Source: a virus
IMG/VR virus record: IMGVR_UViG_3300025466_000023
Span: 1-64,000 of that record
DNA: 64,000 nt
Strand: one strand, 5' to 3'
The notes below the pieces were generated by a model. It had not been told where the DNA came from. It ran no database searches and saw only the letters and a list, made by a program, of their open reading frames with translations. Both the position numbers and the translations under genes were made by a program. Shown one piece after another: positions 56,573-64,000 of the stretch (its first letter is position 1; each line of letters begins with the position of its first letter).

Positions 56573-56833
56573 GTGCGCACTAGATATCTACCTGATCTAC
56601 ACCCATTTGAACACATAGCTTCAGCACCATGGCCCTTGTCGCGGGATCAGGCACAGCAGTTGGATTGGGTCAACAGCGTTACTATACTAGAAGCTTGGCT
56701 GACTCAGTATGTGGGCGCACACTACTCACATTGGGCCTATCACAATGCTGGTTGGGGACTACAACCAGGATACTGTAGCATAGCATTCCGTCGAGCACCA
56801 GATCGTACCTTGTTCCTACTGCGCTGGACATAA
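56573..56833 (+). CDS. Hypothetical protein
   Basis: TAAATA-N8-GTG; ends LFLLRW. Confidence 0.55.
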   Translation: MRTRYLPDLHPFEHIASAPWPLSRDQAQQLDWVNSVTILEAWLTQYVGAHYSHWAYHNAGWGLQPGYCSIAFRRAPDRTLFLLRWT

Positions 56834-56841
56834 GTACCTGC

Positions 56842-57018
56842 ATGGAAACACATGCTCGCACACTTGCTCGTACTATCTTATACAGAATCGTTGCACTATT
56901 GATCACTGCCATTTGGACTGGATTGAGTGACGCTGTGATAATTCACCTTATACTGACTGCTGTACACTATCTTATGGAGAGACTATGGATCAAGATCACT
57001 TGGGGCAGGACTGGGTAG
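56842..57018 (+). CDS. DUF2061-like small membrane protein (58 aa)
   Basis: Not in the track; METHARTLARTILYRIVALLITA...VHYLMERLWIKITWG; TAAGTA-N5-ATG. Confidence 0.7.
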   Translation: METHARTLARTILYRIVALLITAIWTGLSDAVIIHLILTAVHYLMERLWIKITWGRTG

Positions 57019-57172
57019 AACCCGCACCAGAGCCCCTGACAGGCCGCGAGTGGCTGTTCTACTGTGTGGCATTCTTTGTCTTGTTCTTGGAGTTCCGTTA
57101 TATGTGGACGTGGTGTCAATGGTTTACCAATTGTCCCAAAACCTAGTGATCTGTTCTGATAAATCTTCGCTA

Positions 57173-57200
57173 CAAAAAATTTTTTTACGACCGCTTCGCG
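57173..57200 (-). repeat. CGCGAAGCG-N9-AAATTTTTTG element, copy 2 (inverted)
   Basis: Reverse complement reads cgcgaagcg-gtcgtaaaa-aaattttttg. Confidence 0.7.
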
Positions 57201-57240
57201 GGGGTGCTTGTAAGGATGCCCGCTTGGTTTTACCAAATCT

Positions 57241-57816
57241 ATGACTCAAGTACACCTTATACCCGAACTAGTTGGTCCTGCTACTAGGATCTTATTATCC
57301 ACTACACTGGACCTAGCTAGACTGTCACAGTATGCACAGGACGGCACGGACCCCTCTGATCACGAACGGTACAATCCCGGACGCATGGTCAACAGGTGTT
57401 GGGACTGCTATGGTCATCATGTTACAGAAGCACTATTGAGTCTGTGGACGCCTTACTTTAGCAACATATGGAGTGTAGAGCTCGCGCCCACGTATTCCTA
57501 TGCTCGTTATCATTGGCCAGGCGCAGAACTCAAAAGGCATGTGGATAGACCCAGCTGTGAGTATTCGGCAACAGTACTGCTAGCTTGTGAACCTGATCCT
57601 TGGCCCATTTATATGGCGGGTCAAGAGTATGTGTTGAATCCCGGGGATTGTATAACTTATAAGGGCGCAGAAGTTGAACATTGGCGTGAACCTTTTAGGG
57701 GCGAACGTTGCTTGATTGCCACTTTCCATTGGGTCGACAGCCGGGGCCCGTATGCACACGAACGTTGGGATGGCCGCACAGGCCTGGGTATGAAGCCAGT
57801 TAAATACAACAGATGA
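57241..57816 (+). CDS. 2OG-Fe(II) oxygenase-like protein
   Basis: PTYSYAR...LKRHVDRPSCEYSAT...WPIYM...GDCITYKG..VEHWREPF. Confidence 0.8.
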   Translation: MTQVHLIPELVGPATRILLSTTLDLARLSQYAQDGTDPSDHERYNPGRMVNRCWDCYGHHVTEALLSLWTPYFSNIWSVELAPTYSYARYHWPGAELKRHVDRPSCEYSATVLLACEPDPWPIYMAGQEYVLNPGDCITYKGAEVEHWREPFRGERCLIATFHWVDSRGPYAHERWDGRTGLGMKPVKYNR

Positions 57817-58034
57817 AACGTTACCTAAACTTATTTTTTAGTCTTGCACCCGCACCCTTGTTCCTGCTGGGTGCTGTATGGAGTTGGTCAAATGGCGCCA
57901 GCATCTGCGGTGCAGTATATGAAATGCCCGTTATGTGGTTGGTCATGGCCTTTGCACACACTACACCCTGGCTAGCTTGGTGGAGTCAGCGAGATCTTCA
58001 AAAGTTCCAAACCCTGCCAGACAAACAGCAGTGA
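57813..58034 (+). CDS. Small membrane protein
   Basis: Two hydrophobic segments; TAAATA-N6-ATG. Confidence 0.6.
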   Translation: MKRYLNLFFSLAPAPLFLLGAVWSWSNGASICGAVYEMPVMWLVMAFAHTTPWLAWWSQRDLQKFQTLPDKQQ

Positions 58035-58247
58035 TAATGCCCGTCTAGGGTATTAAGTATCAACCTATATACATCCCACAAGCGCCACGATTCTCGTTGA
58101 TAAAATCCATCGGGCACATAGCCAATATCATATGCTTTGACTGTGCCCTTGGGTCCTCTAATATAGACCCAACACTTGGGATTATCTGCCGGGCCCTCTA
58201 CAGGCACCTGGCAGTAGTCTAGACCGTCAATAGTTTGCCATTCTAGA

Positions 58248-59072
58248 TTAGAAGTAGAATCCATTGGGTCTGCGGAAGTAGGTTTCACAACCTTCTAGTG
58301 TGCAGTTGTCCTTGCGATGATCACACCAAAAGTTAACACCCAAGCCCTGTGCTATGGCCATGCCCACTGATTGGTTGGCTATGTACAGCTCTGAACCCTG
58401 GATTACTTCTGCTAGTTCCAGTAGGTCAGCTGTTTTGTAGTGCTCTATCTTGAGTTGGAAATCTTTTTCAAAGTTGGCATGCTCTTCAGCTGTGCCCACG
58501 AACCAAGCACGATCGGCCCAGTTTTCCTGTTTGAATCTTTGCCATACAGGTGCTACTTGTCCGTTGCCATAGCGATCGGTTTTGCTGACTACGATTTTCT
58601 TACTGCCCAAATCACGCGGCTTTACATTGGTCAACCAAGGAGCTGTAATTTCGGGTTCCCATTGATCTGGATCCAAGCCCACAGCATGAGCATAGATACG
58701 ACCATAGTGGCCCTTGTCATAAACGTTGCCATAGAACCAGCAACAGATATTGTCTAGAGGATGTGTAATAGCTTCACCGTTATAGGGTGCCCATTTAGTA
58801 ATATAGGGCTGTGCTTCGATTAGGGGTGCTAGGAGATCAAAGTCCTTTTTGGTCATGCGTCCCGAGTGTGTGCCACCGTTGGGCCAACCAATGACGTCTC
58901 TGCACAAGGTGTCTAGGTTTTCTAGTCTTAGATAAAAATCACCACCACCTAGCAAGCGAATTGGGATCATTGAATATATGATGTCGCCAAAAGTCCATGT
59001 TTGGCTGAATGAAGGTTTCTCACCTGGTTTCCAAGGTGCGGGCGTATAAGGCCCTAAAGGCTGTAATTCCAT
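58248..59072 (-). CDS. GT9-like glycosyltransferase
   Basis: TFGDIIYSM...; TADLLELAEVIQGSELYIANQSVGMAIAQGLG resembles the heptosyltransferase C-terminal motif. Confidence 0.7.
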   Translation of the reverse strand: MELQPLGPYTPAPWKPGEKPSFSQTWTFGDIIYSMIPIRLLGGGDFYLRLENLDTLCRDVIGWPNGGTHSGRMTKKDFDLLAPLIEAQPYITKWAPYNGEAITHPLDNICCWFYGNVYDKGHYGRIYAHAVGLDPDQWEPEITAPWLTNVKPRDLGSKKIVVSKTDRYGNGQVAPVWQRFKQENWADRAWFVGTAEEHANFEKDFQLKIEHYKTADLLELAEVIQGSELYIANQSVGMAIAQGLGVNFWCDHRKDNCTLEGCETYFRRPNGFYF

Positions 59073-59102
59073 AATGTCCTCTAGTTAATTAAGTGCGTAT
59101 AT

Positions 59103-59534
59103 TTACTCTGTGTACCAACGCTGGCAACGTTGATATGAGCATAACACGTTATGAGAACCTGCGTCAACCAAACTGCAATCCCACCATACGTTAAAACAAC
59201 CCAGGGCGGGTTCGTAACGGCTGGCATCAAATCGAACATAGACCATTTGATCCACCATGGCATGACCTGCCCAATGATAACGGCGAAGCTGTAGTTCGTG
59301 TATGTCTTTGAAGTGAGCAAAGCTGATTAATTGTGGCCAAGTGGCCTGTAGTACTGCCATTTCAGTTACACCCTGTATGATCAACTTACCAGTGCGGCTA
59401 TCACTTGGTAAATTTTTGCTGTTGATGGTTATACCTAATGATCCCAACACTTCCTCTGATAAGGGAAACGGATCGGATTGTATCAGCAGGTTAGCATTGT
59501 TATTAAAAGCTGAAATGATAGTTGTAGTGAACAT
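59103..59534 (-). CDS. Hypothetical protein
   Basis: TAAATA-N5-ATG start. Confidence 0.5.
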   Translation of the reverse strand: MFTTTIISAFNNNANLLIQSDPFPLSEEVLGSLGITINSKNLPSDSRTGKLIIQGVTEMAVLQATWPQLISFAHFKDIHELQLRRYHWAGHAMVDQMVYVRFDASRYEPALGCFNVWWDCSLVDAGSHNVLCSYQRCQRWYTE

Positions 59535-59570
59535 GTGTGTATTTAACTAAATATTGGGCGAGGACATATT

Positions 59571-59921
59571 ATGGAAAAACAATACACATTTGAATGGGTT
59601 ATCGAACGTTTTGAACGTGCCGAAAAACTCAACGGTTTAGACAATGTAGTAACTAAGGCATTTTTTACTATCATTGGAAAAGACAATCTAGGTAACTCTG
59701 CACCCTTTTACGGTTATGTAGATATTCCCGAACCAAACCCTGCAGACTTTACTCCTTTTGAATCTATTACTCCTCAACAGGCATTGGCTTGGGTAGAAAA
59801 CTGTTTGGATGAAGAAGCAATTACTACTATTACAGATCGATTGATAGTACAGCTAAATCAAGACGATATGATCAATCCCGGCAATAAGACCGTAGCAACA
59901 CCCTGGTCTCATTCAGCTTAA
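59571..59921 (+). CDS. Hypothetical phage protein (tail-assembly-chaperone-like)
   Basis: YTFEW...NVVT...FTPFESITPQQALAWV...PW; GAGGA SD. Confidence 0.6.
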   Translation: MEKQYTFEWVIERFERAEKLNGLDNVVTKAFFTIIGKDNLGNSAPFYGYVDIPEPNPADFTPFESITPQQALAWVENCLDEEAITTITDRLIVQLNQDDMINPGNKTVATPWSHSA

Positions 59922-60028
59922 AACTGAACCGTTTAGGATCAAAAACAAGCAAAAATTGAACCTAAATGACGTCAAAAACTTCAAAAACGCCCCTGTAGAA
60001 ATCTAGCTAGGTCTACGTATACAAAGCA

Positions 60029-60054
60029 AAAAGCACTGACGAATCAGTGCTTTT
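60029..60054. terminator. Bidirectional intrinsic terminator
   Basis: aaaagcactga-cgaa-tcagtgctttt between convergent genes. Confidence 0.75.
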
Positions 60055-60099
60055 CTTTTGAGTGAAATCCGGGCTATGCCCTTCTGAGCCGCCTCGGAA

Positions 60100-60282
60100 T
60101 TACTGAGGTTTTGGTGCTTTTGGCATTGGGCTTGTATCCTTTGCAGGAACGGCTTTCTTAGGAGCCTTTTTGTGTACGTACTGTGGATGTGCTTTTTCTG
60201 GTGCTGGCTTAACTTTCTTGGCCGCAAACGCAGGACTTGCTACTAGTACAGCTGATAATAAAATTGCTGATAATTTTTTCAT
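60100..60282 (-). CDS. Small secreted K/P/A-rich protein
   Basis: Signal peptide MKKLSAILLSAVLVASPAFA; AAGGA SD. Confidence 0.7.
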   Translation of the reverse strand: MKKLSAILLSAVLVASPAFAAKKVKPAPEKAHPQYVHKKAPKKAVPAKDTSPMPKAPKPQ

Positions 60283-60292
60283 ATTTTTTCCT

Positions 60293-60979
60293 TTATATGC
60301 TCAATCGTTTGTCATCATAGTGACGGATTGCGCTCATTAGTTTATCAATATACCCAGAATTTCTTAGGGCTTTGAATGCAAGATTGCCCTCGTCATATTC
60401 CCCTCCTTTGGCAAGGCTTTTGACTCTAAACTTTTTAAGATCCATTCGAGTTTTACGGCACTTGCTCAAGCTACCTGTTTCGATAGCTTGATCAATTTTG
60501 GACTGCCAATGATCGGCCATGGACTTGATTAGATCTTCGTCAAAATCTTGTTCGGGTTCTGGAGGTTCTTCTTTCCACCGATTGTGTAGCAGGCTATAAG
60601 AAGCACTAACGGTTTTATCGCTAACGTCTTCTACATAACATTCTACATCAATTCCGTGTATGGTAATTTCGTGATCTTGATGCCAGATTGCTCGTTTGGT
60701 ATTGAACAATTCTCTAGCACCACCATCACAATCTACGTCTTTAAAATCTATTACTAGATGTAGATCTAAGTCCGAATCTGGACTGTAATTGTAATTTACT
60801 TGACTGCCCGTAATTAAAATATCTACAAGTTTAGCAGGAACATTTAGGCTTTTATAAAACTCGCCCGCGATGCGCATTAGGGCTTTGTACACATCTTTAT
60901 GTAAGCGATTGCCCTTCCATAATTTAGGGTTAAGTCTAGAGTGTACTGCAACAGGTTGCTGAAATTCAAAGATGTTCAT
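60293..60979 (-). CDS. Pol-beta-superfamily nucleotidyltransferase-like protein
   Basis: ITGSQVNYNYSPDSDLDLHL (GS...DxD) and DVECYVE. Confidence 0.75.
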   Translation of the reverse strand: MNIFEFQQPVAVHSRLNPKLWKGNRLHKDVYKALMRIAGEFYKSLNVPAKLVDILITGSQVNYNYSPDSDLDLHLVIDFKDVDCDGGARELFNTKRAIWHQDHEITIHGIDVECYVEDVSDKTVSASYSLLHNRWKEEPPEPEQDFDEDLIKSMADHWQSKIDQAIETGSLSKCRKTRMDLKKFRVKSLAKGGEYDEGNLAFKALRNSGYIDKLMSAIRHYDDKRLSI

Positions 60980-61008
60980 AGTATTGTATTTATGGGTTAA
61001 ATATTAGT

Positions 61009-61593
61009 ATGAGCACATTTAAAAGTTTAGCTGGGCAATTACTTATAGCCCAGCCCCGCAACAATATTGGACACTTCCAGAAATCCGCAATCATCCTAGC
61101 ACAACATGGCCCTGCAGGAGCATGGGGTGTTGTTGTCAACAAAGAAGCACCCAACGTTAATATTAAAAATGTCATGAGCGCGGCCGGTATTGATTACCCC
61201 GAAAGGCTAATGACTATACCAGGAAAGAATGGCCCTATATACATGGGCGGTCCTGTAGAACAAACAAGAGTTCACGTAGTACACACTATGGATTGGTTTG
61301 CTAGTTCTACTATACAAATTACCGACCGTTTAGGCATCACAGGCGAGATGAGTGTGTTGGCCGCAATTAGCCAAGAAGAAGGTCCTGAAATGTGGCGAAT
61401 TGGAGTAGGACTTGCGGCATGGTCAGCAGGACAACTAGATGGAGAACAAAGTGGAATATTACCCTGGACTCCAGACCATCAATGGCTTACTACTCCAGCA
61501 ACTGAAGATCTAGTATTAACAGGCTCCGGCGATGAACAATGGCAACGCTGTATCGAAGCCTGTGTCAGCAACAAAGTCGCTGAACTGTTTTAA
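61009..61593 (+). CDS. YqgE/AlgH family protein
   Basis: GQLLIAQP...FQKSAI...GAWGVVVN...GGPV...AAWSAGQLDGE...W. Confidence 0.88.
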   Translation: MSTFKSLAGQLLIAQPRNNIGHFQKSAIILAQHGPAGAWGVVVNKEAPNVNIKNVMSAAGIDYPERLMTIPGKNGPIYMGGPVEQTRVHVVHTMDWFASSTIQITDRLGITGEMSVLAAISQEEGPEMWRIGVGLAAWSAGQLDGEQSGILPWTPDHQWLTTPATEDLVLTGSGDEQWQRCIEACVSNKVAELF

Positions 61594-63017
61594 TCTTTCT
61601 CAGAATTCAATCCAGCCAAGATAGCATGGATTCCTGCTTGACCATTTTTGGTCTTGATCTTACTAACACTAACACCTTCGTTAGGATCTTTAATCTCCCC
61701 AGTTCCTTGATCAATAACTGTTGAAGTTTTCTTTAGACTTTGATATATTGTCGCACCCTGTGGCTTGAAGGATCCTTCATCCTCATCGCCCAAGTCTTTA
61801 ATCCTTAGAGTATCTACGTCAAATTCTAAGTCAACCTTTTGACCTACACCAGAACTGTTACGTGTCTTCATAAACTGGATTTGATAACGTCCACGTTCCT
61901 TCATAGCACGACTTGTAAAAATACCAATCACGTTATCAGCTGTTTGAATCTTAGATAAGCCGCCTGAAATATGACTGTGGTCAAACTCAATTTCTTCAAC
62001 TGCTGAACGATTCAACTGTGATGCAGTACACACGATGGCTTGTGTTTCCATCGCCAAGTTACGCAGTTCTTCTGACACATATTTGTCTTTGACAAACAAG
62101 TCGCTTGGACTAACCTTGACACTCATTGGCATCATAAGATCTAAATAGTCGATTAAAATTACGTCAGGAGCGTATCCTTTTTTGACCTGATATTCTTTCA
62201 AGTAGGCTCTAATGTCGTTTGCGTTCTTACCACTCGGCATATATTTGATTTGTACACTACCAGACTTCTTACCTAACATCTTGACCTTGAGTTCAACATC
62301 ATCGAGACTCTTAAAAATCTCACGTGTTGGAATGTCAGTAAGCATACTATCCATACGCATAGCCACTAAATTCTCTGCCAACTCAAATGTTAGATATAAA
62401 ACATTTAAACCATTGACTGCCCAGTTACAACCTAAGTTTGCAAGGAATAATGATTTACCACCACCTGATGCCGCACACCAAATGTTCAATTCACCTCTGT
62501 TAAAACCACCATACAATTTCTTGTCAATCGATGGCCAACCTGTCGAAATTTGACCGTTTGAGTTCTTCAATGATTCTAGTCGCTGTCTTGGATCTTCAAA
62601 GTAGTTTGTACCCATATCCTTGTTCAAACTAATTTGTATCGCATCCTTAATCAGTTTTTCAACTGGAAAGTACTCTCCCTTTTCAAGTAAGTCAGCTGAC
62701 TGCAAAATCGCTCTTTCTAGCCCCTTATGACGTGAAAAATTCTCAAATTCATTCATCAGCCATTCATAGTTTTCTTTGGGTAACACAGCCGGATTCAAGT
62801 CTGTTCCACAGCTGGCATTGACGATCTGCGGCTCTGGCATTACCTTGTATTCATCTACATATTTTTTGATAAAACTTGCGGACTCCTGCAGTTTTCTGTC
62901 GAAATTTTCGGGGTCAAATATGTTTGCACAACGCATAAATGTGTCTGCATCGCTCATAAACATTTCTATGTAAAGTTTTTGAACGTCGTGTGTATAGTTT
63001 GTAATTTGGTCAGCCAT
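61590..63017 (-). CDS. DnaB-like replicative helicase (T4 gp41-like)
   Basis: ISTGW, Walker A AASGGGKS, LTFEL, LIDYLDL, TASQLNR, KTRN. Confidence 0.92.
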   Translation of the reverse strand: MADQITNYTHDVQKLYIEMFMSDADTFMRCANIFDPENFDRKLQESASFIKKYVDEYKVMPEPQIVNASCGTDLNPAVLPKENYEWLMNEFENFSRHKGLERAILQSADLLEKGEYFPVEKLIKDAIQISLNKDMGTNYFEDPRQRLESLKNSNGQISTGWPSIDKKLYGGFNRGELNIWCAASGGGKSLFLANLGCNWAVNGLNVLYLTFELAENLVAMRMDSMLTDIPTREIFKSLDDVELKVKMLGKKSGSVQIKYMPSGKNANDIRAYLKEYQVKKGYAPDVILIDYLDLMMPMSVKVSPSDLFVKDKYVSEELRNLAMETQAIVCTASQLNRSAVEEIEFDHSHISGGLSKIQTADNVIGIFTSRAMKERGRYQIQFMKTRNSSGVGQKVDLEFDVDTLRIKDLGDEDEGSFKPQGATIYQSLKKTSTVIDQGTGEIKDPNEGVSVSKIKTKNGQAGIHAILAGLNSEKD

Positions 63018-64000
63018 CTGTTTTCTCTAGTTTCTTTTTAAGTAGTTTAATTTTTATCTCGTTTGTCTCACGGTACTGCAAAATCGTGAAAAGTGTGTAA
63101 ATTCTACCATATTTTTTCACTGCATCGGCAACGTCTTTTATGTCCTCTCCCCACTCGGGTAGACTCACAGTCCAACCTTCTTTGAGTGCGGTCTGTATCA
63201 TCTTTGCCCCGGGCTTGTCTTGATCAGGTACGACTATGACTGTCTTGCCTAGTTGGTTAATTCTGGCAATTTGAGCATCATTTGGCTCATTATGACCTAT
63301 CGCCACCCCATCTATGGCAATAGCATCAAACTGTCCTTCGACTACTATTACATACTGTCTATCGTCATGTTGATTGTCTACGTTGAAGACATATCCTGGA
63401 CTCACATGGGTTAGATATTTTGGTGATCCTTCACGTATTTTTCTGCCTGTATAGCCAACAACCTTACCTTCTAGGTAAAAAGGCACAATAACTCTGTCTT
63501 TGAATCCAGGCTCATCTGTCCAATAGAAATCAAACCAGTCAAGGTCGATCTTCCTACTCAAGATATATTCAACAGCGTCTAAAAAATCTGTGTCAGTGCA
63601 ACCAGCTTCTAATAATTCCATCATAGGAACTGCTCCCGTAGGCAATTCTCTTGGTTCTATCACAAAGTTTTTTGGAACTGGTGCTTGTTGTATCTCGTCA
63701 CGACTTTTGAGTGCTTCCATAGCACATCTAGTGACATCCTCGTCACTAACACCTAACCATCTGAATAAGTCTCTTGTGTTTTTGCTCAGTAGTTTTCCAG
63801 GAGTCCATCCTGCTTTGAATCCACAGTTGAAACAGTGATATTGGAAACCGTCATCGTTGGTAAGTATACCACCTCGTTTTCTTTTATCTATCTTTTCTCC
63901 GCGGTGATGGCAACAAGGCGCATTGAAACTAGTCCAGCCGCTTGGTGTAGACTTTCGCTTCGGAGGTAAGGACGCTGTTAAAGTTGCCTGTATGAGGTTC
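63010..64000 (-). CDS. DNA primase (partial; start just beyond the window)
   Basis: Frame open to the window end: SFNAPCC...YHCFNCGF Zn domain; TOPRIM VVEGQFDA, VPDQDKPG, IKDVAD. Confidence 0.88.
   Translation of the reverse strand, partial: NLIQATLTASLPPKRKSTPSGWTSFNAPCCHHRGEKIDKRKRGGILTNDDGFQYHCFNCGFKAGWTPGKLLSKNTRDLFRWLGVSDEDVTRCAMEALKSRDEIQQAPVPKNFVIEPRELPTGAVPMMELLEAGCTDTDFLDAVEYILSRKIDLDWFDFYWTDEPGFKDRVIVPFYLEGKVVGYTGRKIREGSPKYLTHVSPGYVFNVDNQHDDRQYVIVVEGQFDAIAIDGVAIGHNEPNDAQIARINQLGKTVIVVPDQDKPGAKMIQTALKEGWTVSLPEWGEDIKDVADAVKKYGRIYTLFTILQYRETNEIKIKLLKKKLEKTDG

Noticed and set aside
57998-58288. 96-aa minus-strand ORF
   Set aside because: Overlaps both neighbours with no clear SD or TAAATA start; it may be real but cannot be supported from the sequence.
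1-64000. Alternative genetic code (stop-codon reassignment)
   Set aside because: Long conserved genes are uninterrupted in the standard code, and TAA, TGA and TAG all occur at plausible gene ends.

Overview
The window looks like 64 kb of a large lytic dsDNA (jumbo, T4-superfamily-like) phage genome read in the standard genetic code. The IscU, IF-1 and YqgE homologues suggest a proteobacterial host (inference). Layout: (1) 1-20 kb, a minus-strand tail-fibre/baseplate module with an embedded S8 protease. (2) 20-25 kb, HNH nuclease, IF-1, ATP-dependent DNA ligase and Fe-S assembly genes (erpA, iscU, iscA). (3) 25.6-37.5 kb, an AT-rich, tightly coupled biosynthetic-looking cluster: PhyH-like oxygenase, DUF3050 heme-oxygenase-like protein, four tandem radical SAM proteins, an 89-aa protein ending in CDCQCQCDC, a MaoC dehydratase, a cupin hydroxylase, FabF and a 125-aa protein. 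The 89-aa and 125-aa proteins together carry three ungapped copies of a 29-aa helix-HxH repeat. This is the best candidate for an undescribed system: RiPP-like maturation of a small metal-binding, possibly virion, protein. (4) 37.7-43.7 kb, cell-wall hydrolase, GT9-like protein, more oxygenases and an endonuclease. (5) 44-56 kb, an early region with 17 near-consensus sigma70 promoters, two tRNAs, at least two unassigned structured RNAs and several unannotated microproteins, bracketed by an inverted CGCGAAGCG-N9-AAATTTTTTG motif. (6) 56-64 kb, small genes, a nucleotidyltransferase, YqgE, helicase and a partial primase. Many genes show TAAATA-N5-8-ATG with no Shine-Dalgarno, suggesting leaderless late transcripts. 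All calls come from motif recognition by eye; no database searches were run.
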